From Mobula hypostoma (taxonomy: Eukaryota): DNA of 64,000 nucleotides. Each line of letters opens with the position of its first letter. Within the stretch, counting starts at the first letter, position 1. The translations under genes and the position numbers were made by a program. Under the pieces are notes generated by a model. The model had not been told where the DNA came from. It made no database searches and saw only the letters and a program-made list of their open reading frames with translations. The DNA is taken from contig NC_086108.1 in NCBI RefSeq assembly GCF_963921235.1, positions 106,766,001 to 106,830,000 of the forward strand, in the 5' to 3' direction. Positions 9,751 to 21,760 of this stretch are shown piece after piece.

Positions 9751-11915
9751 GCACCTCTTCCTACAGATGCTGCCTGGCCTGCTGCATTCACCAGCAACTT
9801 TGATGTGTGTTGCTTGAATTTCCAGCATCTGCAGAACTCCTGTTGTTTGCGTTTAAATGTAGAAATGAAGTTTAACTCTCTAAAGGATGCATTGGTAGAA
9901 TCAGCAAAGTCAATGATTCCTAAAAAAGAAAAAAGCACAAGGAATAAATGAATGACAGACGACATCAAAAATCTAATGGAAGAAAGGGGACAGAAGAAAA
10001 CAAATCTCATAGAATATAAGTCCTTAGATAAAAAAGTTAAAAGCTTATGTCAAAAAGCCAAAGAAGAATAGTTAAACCAGGAATGTGAGCAAATAGAAAG
10101 AATCCCTATTACTGATCCAAAAAGGTTACATCAACAAATCAAGAATATCACTGGTAAAAAGCTCCTCTGTTCTTCAGGTGGATGTTCGAAAGCAAAGCAC
10201 GGTACCATTGTCATGGAAAAAGATGAGATTATGAACAGATGGACTGAATATATTCAGGAATTGTTTGAAGACGATGGAAGCGAAAAACCAGAAATTAAGA
10301 AAAACATTGAAGGTCCAAATATTTTAAAATCTGAAGTTTGTAATGCAATAAATAAGATGAAGAAAGGAAAGGCAACATGTCCTAATGAATTAATAATAGA
10401 ACAAATTATCTCCCTTGAAGATTATGGAATTGAAAAACTTACTGATTTAATCAATGACATTTATGAGACTGGAATAATACCAAAAGAGATGAAAAAATCA
10501 GTATTTATCACTCTTCCTAAGAAACCTGGAGCAATAGAATGTGAATTACATAGGACCATAAGTTTAAAGAGTCATATCACCAAGATACTTCTAAGAATTT
10601 TGATGACAAGAGCTACAAGCTCAAACAGGTAAAGAACAATGTGGTTTTGTGAAAGACAATGGTACAAGAAATGCAATATTGATGTTAAGGATACTATCAG
10701 AACGTGCTATTCAAGTGCAAAAAGATTTGTTTGTTTGTTTTATTGACTACACAAAAGCATTTGATAAAATGAAGCACAATAAGTTATTTGAAATATTACA
10801 GGAATCTCTAGATCTAGAATCAAAAGACCTCCGCTTAATCAGAAATCTGTACTGGGAACAAACTGCCACTGTAAGAATAGATGGAGAAGTGAGTCAATTA
10901 ATGAAAATCAAAAGAGGCGTTAGACAAGGCTGTGTTTTCCCCCTGATTTATTTAATGTGTACTGTGAAACAGTATTACAAAAAATAAGAGACATCTTGGG
11001 AACCAAAGTCGGCAGTGAAAACATCAATAATTTCAGATATGCAGAAGACACTGTGTTAATTGCAAGTATGAAGGAAGAACTACAAAACTTAATTGATGTA
11101 GTTGTTGAAGAAAGTGCAAAAATATGTCTATCTATCAATTGCAAAAAGACAGAATGTATGGTGATATCCAAAAAGAAGGAGAATCCTATCTGCAGGCTGA
11201 GAATAAATGGGGAAGACATAAAACAAGTACAGAACTTTTGCTACTTAGGAAGCTGGGTGACATCAGATGGCAGGTGCAACATGGACATCGAAAGAAGAAT
11301 AGGGATGGCGGAAGACACCTTTACAAGAATGAAGAGTATACTGACCAATACTAAACTAGGCATGACAACCCGCCTTAGAGTACTGAAATATTACGTTTAT
11401 CCAGTTATGTTATATGGCTCATAATGTTGGACAATATCTAGTAACATGAGGAAACAAATTGAAGCAGTGGAGATGTGGTCTATGAGGAGGATGCAAAGAA
11501 TATCATGGATGAAACGAATATCTAACGAGGATGTCATGAACAGAGCAAACACAAAAAGAGAAATAATGTATGAGATCATGAAAAGGCAATGTAACTTCAT
11601 TGGACATGTGATTAGGAAAGAGGACTTAGAATGCACAGTAATTATGGGAAAGATTGAAGGGAAGAAAGCAAGAGGAAGACAAAGACAAATGATGATGGAG
11701 ACAGCAGCCAAAGAACTGGAAATGAATACCAATGAATTGATCCACTTGACCCGAAACAGGAGTGTGTGGGCCACGGCAGTCAAAGCTCAAACTGGGCACG
11801 GCACCTGATGATGATGATGATTAGTATTTGTATGGATATTTATATATTGATATTGGTATTGTTGTTGATATTAGCATTAGTATTGGTTTAATTTTCTCAC
11901 ATGTACCAGAGATAG

Positions 11916-12140
11916 CTTTTCTTAGACTAGGTGTGGTAGGCAACTGGAATGCTCGGCCACGGGTGGTGGTAAAGGCTGATACGTTGGTGACATTTAAGAG
12001 ACTCTCTGATAGGTACATGGATGAAAAAATTGAGGATATGGGCTGTGCAGGAGGGCCAGGTTAGATTGATTGTGGAGTAGGCTAAAAGATTGGCACAACA
12101 TTGGTCAGATGGGCTATAGTGTTCTATATTCTATGTTCCA
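11916..12140 (+). mobile_element. Old CR1 3' fragment
   Basis: GVVGNWNARPRVVVKADTLVTFKRLSDRYMD followed by a (ttctat)n tail. Confidence 0.7.
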
Positions 12141-12589
12141 GAAGACATAGAATATTGACCCAATGCAAGCAAAGAGGATTTAGCTTAGAGGTGTACAATG
12201 AACATAATGGGCTAAAGGGCCTCTTCCTGTGTTCTACGATTCTATGATCTATCTATAAGACCAATAGAAACAATATATAGTGCACCTTCAGTCCATTTAA
12301 CATGCTAATGATGGATCAACACATATTGACTGAAGACCAATTAAGTCAATTACTGAGAGTAGGTCTCATTAGAGTTGAGCCAAACTGCTATTCCTCCCAG
12401 TTATTCTGTGCACTAAATACATGGACTATAGGTCATAATTTAAGCAGGGTTTAAACTTCCCAGAATGTAACATTAAAACTTTATCATAAATATTTCATGC
12501 AATATTTCAGCTAAATTTGTATTTGCTGTGAGTAATACAAACGGGACTCATTAAGAATCTGTGTGATACATCATAAGGGGTCATACAAT

Positions 12590-13035
12590 CACGGAATCAG
12601 AATCAGAATCTGGTTTAATATCACCAGCATCTGTCAACTTGTTCTGTGGCCGCAGGACATTGCAATACGTATTAAGAAAAACCCTAATGATGGATGCTGC
12701 CTTTTTGAGGCATCACCTTTTGAAGGTGTCCCGGATGCTAAGGAGGTAGTGCCCATGATGGAGCTGGTTGAGTTTGCAACTCTGCAGCTTTATACAATTC
12801 TGGGCAGTGGCCCCTCCAAACCAGTTAGAATGCTCTCCACGGTACATCCATAGAAATTTTCGAGCCTCTTTAGTGACATACCAATTCATCTCAAACTCTT
12901 AATAAAATACAGCCATTATCGTACCTTCTATGTATTTGCATCAATACATTGGGCCCAGGGTAGACCTCAAAGATGTTGACAGCCAGGGACCTGAAACTAC
13001 TCACCCTTTCCACTGCTGACCCTTTGTTGAGGACT
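12590..13035 (-). mobile_element. Old Rex1/Babar-like LINE 3' fragment
   Basis: (aatcag)n tail on + and decayed antisense C-terminal coding similar to 18680-19063. Confidence 0.55.
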
Positions 13036-13146
13036 GGTGGTCACGAGGAAGTTTTGACGCTAACATTATGACGTGATTCTGTAAAATTTCACCATAATGG
13101 TTCAACTCATTATGGCAGAGAATGGCTGAGATAGCAAAACCAATCT

Positions 13147-13664
13147 ACAACCAGTGGCCTCATTCACAGGTACATCTGTACACCTGCTCCTTAATGCAAG
13201 CATCTAATAAGCCAATCATGTGGCAGCAACCCGATGTATTAAATTGTCCAGATGTGGTCAAGAGGTTCAGTTGGTGTTCATACCAAACAGCAGAATGGGG
13301 AAGTGATGTGATCTTTGTGATTTAAGTGACTTGCTCTTTGGTGCCAGATGGGGTGGTTTGAGTATCTCAGAAACCACTGATTTTCATACAGAAAAGCCCC
13401 TACCATTAACAGAAAATGGTGTGAAAAACAAAAACATCTGTGGCTGGCTGAAACATCTGGTTAATGAGAGGGGTCAGAGGAGAATAGCCAGACTGGTTCA
13501 AGCTGACAGGAAGATGAAAATAACTCAATTAACCATGCTTTATAACAGTGGCAGAAAAGTATTTCTGAATGCACAGCATGTCAAATCTTGATGCGGATGG
13601 ATTACAGCAGCAGAAGACCACATTGGGTTCCTCTCCTGTACTTAATAAAGTAGCCACTCAGTGT
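13147..13664 (+). mobile_element. Internally deleted Tc1-like DNA transposon
   Basis: Degenerate TIRs (cagtggcc...aggtac and gtacttaataaagtagccactcagtg-TA); N-terminal HTH remnant GARWGGLSISET...LVNERGQRRIARLVQADRK. Confidence 0.8.
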
Positions 13665-13699
13665 ACAATGTGCAGTGAATAAGATAATCTGTGATAGTA

Positions 13700-14490
13700 T
13701 TCTCAGCTTTGTTCCAAAGGTTGGAGATTTGAATAAAAATAATTGATGACATTATAGTCAGTGAAAATAGTTATAAGGAATTACAGAGAGATCTTGATCA
13801 GCCAGATAAGCGGGGCGGTGACTGGCAAATGTAAATTGATTCAGATAAGTCTGAGATGCTGCACTTTGGAAAGACAAATCAGGGTTGGATTTTCACAGAG
13901 AATGGTGGGATTTTGGGGGGCGTTGTAGAACAGAGGGAGTACAAGCAGACAGGTGGTGAAGAATGCCCTTGTTTCACTGGTCTTCATCATTCAAGGGACT
14001 GAGTAGAAAAGTTGAGAGATGTTATGTTGCAGTTATACAAGATGGTTGGAATATTGCGTTCAGTTTCGGTCACCCTGCTATAAAGCCGATGTTATTAAGC
14101 TGGAAAGTGTGCAGAAAAAATGTATGAAGATGTTGCCAGGACTTGAGGGATGGATGTATAGGGAGACATTGGGCAGGTTTGGACTATATTCATTGGAAAT
14201 TAGGAATATAAGGGCTGATTTATGAAGGGTCATTGATTGGGTGAATGCATATAGCCTTTCTCCCAGGGATGGAGAAATCAAGAACTAGAAGGCATAAGTT
14301 TAAGGTAACAGGGGAGAGATTTAATAGGAACCTGAAGAGAATCTTTTTCACCCACAAGGTGGTGTATATATGGAATGAGCTGCCAGAGAAAGTGGTTGAA
14401 GTACGTACAAAAGCAGCAATTAAAAGGTTCTTTGACAGGTATATTGATGGGAAAGTTTGAAGGGAGATATGGGCCAAATCCAAGCAAATG
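13700..14490 (+). mobile_element. Old CR1 ORF2 3' fragment
   Basis: LEYCVQFRSPCYKADVIKLESVQ and IFFTHKVVYIWNELP. Confidence 0.8.
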
Positions 14491-15021
14491 GAGATTAACA
14501 ATTAGCTTTATTCGCCACATGTATATTGAAACATCCGATGAAATGCATTGTTTACATCAACTCAAATCAGTGAGATCAAATCTGCTTGCAAGTGTCGCCA
14601 TGTTCCCAGTTCCCACATAGCAAGCCTACAACTGCCCAAACCTAAACCTAACTGTACATCTTTTTGAATTTGGGAGGGAACCAGAGCGCTCAGAGGAAAC
14701 CCACTTAGTCATGAGAGTACGTATAAACTTACAAACAACAGCAGAAATGTAACCCCAATTGGTCATCACAGGTTCAAGCTGACAGGATGATGAAAATAAC
14801 TCAATTAACCATGCTTTATAACAGTGGCAGAAATGCATTTCTGATTGCTTTTAAGTGGTAATGCCAACTGTTACACCACTGTCAACTACAGTATGCTACA
14901 CAATGTCACCTCATTTTTCTCTCATAGAAGAAAATATGAGAAAAAATGAGGTGACAGTCACCTTGTGGGATTTGCCTGCATATAAATTTGCAGGGATATA
15001 TTCTCTATAACTTCCCAATGG

Positions 15022-15250
15022 ATCACAACCTTGTCACAGGGTTTAGAGGTCTGCGTGCCCTCATTGACCTGGAGAACTATACTGGCTAGAGTCAGATCCT
15101 TGTGCTTTGACTCTTGATAGGGTCACCCAAGCCGATCAGTTCAAAAGGTAGAGGACAGACTAAGAGTAGTCCTCCAGTCCTCCAGGATTGCGGGTTCAGC
15201 TCTGGACTAACAACCCTGACTGGTCAAAGATAATTTGTTATAGAAACAGT
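15022..15250 (+). mobile_element. RTE-type 5'-UTR-derived repeat
   Basis: Homologous (reverse-complement) to the RTE-like 5' module at 23660-23850 (agggtcaccca, caaaaggtagaggacagactaagagt). Confidence 0.55.
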
Positions 15251-15899
15251 GCTGTCCTGAATACCAGCAGCATAACATGCAGTAACTAACTATACTCTAT
15301 AGCAGTGAAAACATTTCAGCAGAGCTTCATTGGCTTTCAGGAGTTAAGTCTTTTGCAGAGATTGCAAAGGGCATTATAAAAATGCAAATATTTCTTCATT
15401 TCATCTGTGCCACAAAGGACAAGAGATCAGTAATTGATCACGTTTGACCTTCAGACAGGGAGTTAAAACAAAATCTGGCTCTAATGCCTGGCTGATATTG
15501 AGGGATTGCTTTTGCCTGGCACAACTAGATCCCGAGCAACCTTGAACATTGGTAAAAAGTTCACGCACTCCAAGGAATAAAGTCTTAGCCTGTTAAAAGT
15601 CCTTATTGATCTAAGATAGGCTGAATGTGTTAGGGTATTTTGCTTTGGAGTGAAGGAGGATGAGAGGTGATCTGATAGAGGTGTATAAAATGATAACAGG
15701 CATAGCTAGGGCGGACAGCAAGAGATTCTTTTTTCCCGCGGTGAAAATGGCTAATACAAAGGCGTATAATTTTAAGGTGATTGTAAACAAGTATAGGGGA
15801 AGATGTCTGAGGTAAGTTTTTTTTACACAGGTATTAAAGTAATAACTCCTGGGAGAACATCGCACTCAACTCGAGTGATTGCACTCCTACTACCTTCTC

Positions 15900-16075
15900 C
15901 TCTCCCCAACTTCTTATACTGTTTCTTTTTCCTGTTCTTTTTCAGTCCTGATGAAGTGTCTCAGCCCAAAACGTTGACTGTTTATTCCTCTCCATAGATG
16001 CTGCCTGACTTGCTGAGTTCCTCCAGCATTTTGTGTGCGTTGCTCTGGATTTCCAGCGTCTGCAGAATCTCTTGT
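15900..16075 (+). mobile_element. Old PLE terminus with degenerate hammerhead motif (15943-15980)
   Basis: cagtcctgatgaagtgtctcagcccaaaacgttgactg...gatgctgcctgacttgctgag. Confidence 0.7.
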
Positions 16076-16389
16076 GACTATGGCCTTTTGTTCTTTTATT
16101 GTTAGTAAGATTTGAAGCACCGCCTACTGTGCTGGCTCTAAACCATCTGCTCCTACAAAGCAAGATTGCATTTCTTTCTGACCCTGTGACCCACTTCACT
16201 GATGATCAATTCAAAGCTTAAAAGGCTTAAAATCTAAATTAGATCACTTGTTGCTGAATATACTAATTTCACTCCAGGTTTTAGCTCAGTTGACTGATCT
16301 CCCCGAAGTAGATTTGTATTATGTGGTTATAAATATCAATAATAATTAGCAAACTTGAGTTTCCTACAAGTCTTCATAAAAAGACTCAG

Positions 16390-16660
16390 CAGTGTGGCGG
16401 TTAGCGCAATGCTATTACACCTCCCAGCGCCCGAGATGAGAATTCAATTCCGGCATCCTCTGTAAGAAAGTTTATACGTTCTTCGTGCATGCGCATGGGT
16501 TTCGTCTAGCTGCTCTGGTTTCCTCCCACAATCTAAAAACATACCGGTTAGTGGGTTAATTGGTCATTATAAATTGCCTTGTGATTAGCCTAGTGTTAAG
16601 TAGGTGGGTTGCTGAGTGGTGTGGCTCGGTGAGCTGGAAGGGCCTGTTCTGTGCTCTGTC
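16390..16660 (+). mobile_element. V-SINE-like tRNA-derived SINE
   Basis: tRNA-like head (gtggcggttagcgc), V-domain-like ggtttcctcccacaatctaaa; related copies at 47815, 48400, 50976 and 57600. Confidence 0.7.
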
Positions 16661-16662
16661 TC

Positions 16663-17037
16663 TCATCGTCATTATCTGCCATGTTGTATGATGTAGCTGA
16701 TCAGGCTCCCATGACCATGATTGTTCTTGGCAAATTTTTCTACAGAAGTGGTTTACCGTTGCCTTCTTTTGGGCAGTGTCTTTACAAGACGGGTGACCCC
16801 AGCCATTATCAACAATCTTCAGAGTTTGTCTGCCTGATGTCGGTGGTTGCATAACCAGGACTTGTGATACACATCAGCTGCTCATACAACCATCCACCAC
16901 CTGCTCCATGGCTTCACGTGACCCTGATCAGGGGGCTAAGCAGGTGCTATACCTTGCCCAAGGATGATCTGCAGGCTAGCAGAGGGAAAGAGCACCTTAC
17001 ACTTCCTTTGCTAGAAAAGTATTTCCATCCAGCCACC
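16663..17037 (-). mobile_element. RTE-dependent SINE-like element inserted in the V-SINE tail
   Basis: agaagtggtttaccgttgccttct motif typical of RTE-related SINE bodies; minus-strand tail loosely resembles the RTE 3' end at 29850-29904. Confidence 0.5.
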
Positions 17038-17386
17038 CATGCAGTATTTCTAAATAAAAATAAATAGAATATTAGCAACTCATAAGATCATAAGACTTAG
17101 GAGCATAATTAGGCCATTCAGCCCATCGAGTCTGCTCCACCATTCCATCATGACTGACTTATTATCCCTCTCAACCCCCTTCTCTTGCCTCTCCTGTAAA
17201 CTGTGATGCCCTGACTAATCAAGGACCTATCAACTTCAGCTTTAAGTATACTCAATGACTTAGCCTCCACAGCCATCAGTTCACTTTTTTTAAGGGACTA
17301 TCTTATTCAATAATATTCAATTCTGGTACCACAGTGGGCATATAATCTAGGGACTAGATAGGTAATCTGAACTAGTTAATTAGTTT

Positions 17387-18017
17387 ATTTAGATTATGAA
17401 GACATGTAGTCCTCTTTTATTGTCATTTAGTAATGCATGCATTAAGAAATCATACATTATTTCCTCCGGTGTGATATCACAAAAACACAGGACAAACCAA
17501 GACTCAAAAACTGACAAAACCACATAATTATAACATATAGTTACAACAGTGTAACAATACCATAACTTGATGAAGAAGTCCGTGAGCACAGTAAAGTTCA
17601 AAGTTTCTCAAATGTCCCACATCTCACGCAGACGGGAGAAGGAAGAAAAACTCTCCCTGCCATGCCGACCACAGTCCGACTCTGAGTCATCCAAAAACTT
17701 CGAGCCTCCGATCAGCTCTCCGAGATGGCGCTCCGAGTACTGAGCGCCATCTCTGTCCGAGCGATTCGACCTCTTTCTCGGTCGCCAAAAGCAGGCAAGG
17801 CCGGGGATTTTGAGGCCTACCCTCTGAAAGATTCCCGACCACACAGTAACGACAGCAGCGAACGGGTGTTTCAGAAATTTCTCCAGATGTTCCTCTGTGC
17901 TTTCATGTCCATCCTCCATCAAATCAGAAATTGTCCACGGCCCCTATTTCACGGACACGATATCATTTTTCACCGGAGAGCTGCGCACGCGCGGCGCGCT
18001 GCCACCTTCTCCTCCTG
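17387..18017 (-). mobile_element. Unclassified GC/CpG-rich non-autonomous retroelement with LINE-like 3' tail
   Basis: Tail (aatgacaataaaag on minus) like the Rex/L2-type tails nearby; CpG-rich body that contrasts with the flanks. Confidence 0.4.
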
Positions 18018-18484
18018 TCAAAACATCACATTTAGTCAGACCAGTGAGGCTCTCCGTTGGTTGGGGTCAACTATGGGTGTTGCATCCAAGCTGTGTATAT
18101 GCAGTTGATATGCAAGTCAGCACTCAAGCCCAGGCAGTAATATATGGAGAGCAATCTTGCCCATACAGCAGACTCCCCATCTCCATGCAGCTGATGAATC
18201 CAAAGGAACAGCAGAGACCAATGGTATGATGTCACAGGAGTTGTCAGTCAGTGTTGACACAATGCAGGACTGCCTTATGGATTCCAGCTCCGGGGTTTTC
18301 CTCGGGGTTTACCCCAAAACCTTCCCCATGAGTGGGTATAGACAAAAGGTAGCGGAGTTTTTCTTCAGAGTATCAGAGTTATCAGAGTTTTTCTTCTCCT
18401 ATTTGAGCTGATGAGCCCCATCTTCCCAGAGTGACTGGTTTGAAGGTGCCTTTTCCTGTCAGTAGAAATGGTTCAGACAGGTTT

Positions 18485-19133
18485 ATTAGATTAGATTAGA
18501 TTAGATTCAATTTTATTGTCATTGTGCCGAGTACAGATACAAAGCCAATGAAATGCATTTAGCACCTGACCAGAAATGCAAAGAATAGCATTATTTACAA
18601 AATAACTGCGAATAAAAAAAAGTGCTACAGCACATAAATATAAAAGTACTGAGACAGTACAATACGGATGCAATACTGCTTAGCGCTGTGATGAGGGGTT
18701 CAGCAGGGTCACAGCCTCAGGGAAGAAGCTCTTCCTGAGCCTGCTGGTGCGGGAGCAGAGGCTCCTGTAGCGCCTACTGGATGGGAGGAGAGTAAAAAGT
18801 CCATGGTTAGGGTGAGATGCATCCCTGATAATGCTTTTTGCCCTACTCAGACAGCGTTCATGGTAGATGTTCTCAATGGTGGGCCATTGGGTGCCAATAA
18901 TCCGCTGGAGTGCTTTGCGGTCCAATACGGGACAATTGCCATACCACACTGAGATGCAGTTGGTGAGTATGCTCTCAATGGTACAGCGGTAAAAGTCCAT
19001 CAGTATCCTGGGACAGAGGTGAGCTTTCTTCATGCTCCGCAGGACGTAAAGGCGCTGTTGCACCTTTTTGATCAGGGTGGAGGAGTTCAGGGACCAGGTA
19101 AGATCCTCGGAAATGTGGACACCAAGGAATTTG
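18485..19133 (-). mobile_element. 5'-truncated Rex1/Babar-type LINE
   Basis: ORF 18680..19063 (QQRLYVLR, FYRCTIESILTNCISVWYG, SHPNHGLFTLLPS, SFFPEAV) and (TCTAA)n tail. Confidence 0.85.
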
Positions 19134-20065
19134 CTATGCTATACATGGTCAGGAGCTAGACTTGTTTGTCAGAGACTATTTGAGGTGTATGCCTTTGGGA
19201 ACATTTCATATTTAGTGAGAGATTATCCCTATTAAGTCAGATCTCACCTGTCCAGTTCGGCTTTTCCCATTATAGGAAAGACTTTGGAAAGGGTGCCAAG
19301 GATGTTTCTCTGATTAGAAGATGTGAGCCATAAGGAAACATTGGACCAGCTTGAATTGTCCTTTCCCTTGTGTTTCACAGGCTGAAGAGAGATGATAGAG
19401 GTTTTTAAATTCTGAGACGCATAGATGGGCTAAATCAAAACTTTTCCCAAGGTTAGAGATGTCATACACCAGAATATATGCTTTAAAGATTAGAAGAGGG
19501 AGGGCTAAAGGCAAGACAACGGACAAGTTATTTATACAAAGAGTGGTTGCTGCTGGGAATCAGTTGCCAGGGCAATAGTGGAAGCGGGCAGTTTAGTGAT
19601 GTTGAAGAGGCTTTTCGACGGGCACATGAATATGAAAAGATGTGGACTTGATGGACTGAATTACCTAATTATGTTTTTGTGTTGTATTTCTTATATGGAT
19701 GATAAACAGGATAAGATTGTTGAGTATGAATTATTTTCAAAGTTTTAAATTCAAAGTAAATCTAATATCAGAGTACGTATGTTTCACCATGTCTACAATG
19801 AGATTCCTTTTCTTGCAGACATTCACAGTAGAACAAAGAAATCAGTGCAAATCCACATGAAGACTGACAAACAACCAATGTGCAAAGGGAGACAAAGTAA
19901 GTAAGTAAATAAATAAGTTTTGAGAACGTGAGATGAAGAGTCCTTGAAAGTGAGTCCATAGGTTGTGGAATCAGTTCAGTGTTGAGGGGAGTGAAGTTAT
20001 CCACGTTGTTTCAGGAGTCTGATGGTTGAGGGGTAATAACTGTTCCAGATCATGGTGTATGGGAA

Positions 20066-20610
20066 TTCAGCAGGACAGGCAGCATACAGTATATGGAAAT
20101 GATTAGGCAGTTAACATTTCGGACTGAGACCCTTCTTCAGGACTGGAAAGGAAGAGGGAAGGTATGAGAATAAAAAGGTGGGGGAGGTAGAGGGGAGGGA
20201 GGGAAGCAGAACTAGCTGGAAGGCGATAGGTGAAGCCAAGTTGGTAGGAAAGATAAAGGGGTGGAGAAGAAGGAATCTGATAGGAGAGGAGAATGGACCA
20301 TAGGAGAAAGGGAAGGGGAAAGGGACCCAGCGGGACGTGATAGGCAGGTGAGAAGGGTTAAGGAACCAGAGTGCAGAATAGATGAAGAGAGAAGGGGGAG
20401 GGGAAAAATATCAGAAGAAGAAATCAATGTTCATGCTATCAGGTTGGAGGCTACCTAGACGAAATATGAGGTGTTGCCCCTCCACCGACAGTGACCTCAT
20501 CGTGGCAAAAGAGGAGGCTGTGGATCAACATGTCAGAACGGGAATGGGGATAGGAATTTATATGGTTGGCCATGGGGAAATCCCACTTTTGGCAGATGGA
20601 GCAGACAAGA
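20066..20610 (-). mobile_element. Penelope-like element 3' fragment (GIY-YIG C-terminus + pLTR)
   Basis: Minus-strand ANHINSYPHSRSDM..LLFCHDE..LIFRLGSLQPDSMNIDF remnant; degenerate hammerhead near 20108-20144. Confidence 0.8.
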
Positions 20611-20699
20611 CTAGGCAGTCTAACTATCCTTGTAAGACAACACACGTTCCAGTCTGGATGGTCTATTTTGGTCACCCATTCCATTTGATAAAATTTAGA

Positions 20700-21760
20700 A
20701 CACAGAACATCATAGCGCAGTACAGGCCCTTCAGTTCACTACACTGTGCTGATCTTTTAATCTACTCCAAAACATCCCCCCTATAATTTTCTCCCAACAC
20801 CTCAAAATTATGCCTTCTAATATTGGCCACCCTGGAAAAAAGCCTCTGGCTATCCACTTGATCTATGCCTCTTATCATCTTTTTCATCTCTATCAAGTCA
20901 CCTCTCATCCTCATTCACTCCAAAGAGAAACGTTCACTCAATTTATCCTCATAAGATATGCTCTTTCACGCAGGCCACATCCTGGTAAATCTTCTCAATA
21001 GGATTTTATTCCTTGGAGGGTAGAAGATTGAGATTTAATATTATGAGGTGTATAGATAGGGTAAACGCAAGCAGACTTTTCTACTGAGGTTGGGTGGGAC
21101 TACAACCAGAGGTCATGGGTTAAGGGTGAAAGGTGAAAAGTTTACAGGGAACATGAGCTGAAACTTCTTCACTCAGTGAGTCCTGAGAGTGCGGAATGAG
21201 CTGCCAGCACAAGTGGTAGTGGTGCATGTGAGCTCGATTTCAACATTTAAAAGAAGTTTGGATAGGTACATGGATGGTAGGGGTATGGAGATCTACGGTC
21301 TCGATGCAGGTCAATGGGAGCAGCAGTTTAAATTGTTTGGCATGGACTAGATGGGCCAAGAGGCCTATTTCCATGCTGTACATTTCTATGACTCGGATTC
21401 TTTCGCTCCAAGGAGAAAAGCTAAATTTATCCTCGTAAGACATGCTTTTTAATCCAGGCAGCATCCTGCAAATATCCTTTGTACTCACCACATCCATATC
21501 CTTTATGGAATGAGACAACCAGAGTTGAACATAATACATGAAGTGTGGTTTAGCCAGGGTTTTATAGAGCTCCAATATTACCTCGTGGCTTTTGACTAAC
21601 CCCGAACTAATGATGGGCAACATACCACACACCTTCTTATTAACTTGCACAGCAACTTTGAGGAACCCTAAGATATCTTTGTTCCTCCACACTGCTAAGA
21701 ATCCCGCCATTAGCCCTGTATTCTTCCGTCAAATTTGAATTTCCGAAGTGAATCACTTCC
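20700..21760. mobile_element. Cluster of CR1 3' fragments in alternating orientation (-,+,-)
   Basis: CR1 C-terminal/3' UTR motifs at 20700-21000 (-), 21000-21395 (+), 21400-21760 (-). Confidence 0.7.

Larger units (their letters stand above)
9019..9856. mobile_element. Head-to-head palindromic Penelope-like terminus insertion with 14-bp TSD
   Basis: Arms 9019-9410 and 9426-9815 are reverse complements around a 15-nt spacer; TSD ATGTAGAAATGAAG at 9008-9021 and 9857-9870. Confidence 0.92.
3524..11819 (+). mobile_element. Near-full-length decayed RTE-clade LINE (APE endonuclease + RT), interrupted by CR1 and PLE insertions
   Basis: EN start near 4060 (SWNARTLYQAGRLD..LGIS), EN continuation 8420-8820 (VMGDLNAKVG, NQIDF, SGHNPV), RT 10213-11424 (FIDYTKAFDK, RGVRQGCV, FRYAEDTVL), C-terminus 11446-11808, (TGA)n tail, TSD ATTAGTATTTGT at 3512-3523 and 11820-11831; multiple stops and frameshifts. 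Confidence 0.92.

Noticed and set aside
8906..10010. Several 120-196 aa overlapping ORFs as novel proteins
   Set aside because: They are purine/pyrimidine-biased read-throughs of the non-coding PLE palindrome and are mirrored on both strands
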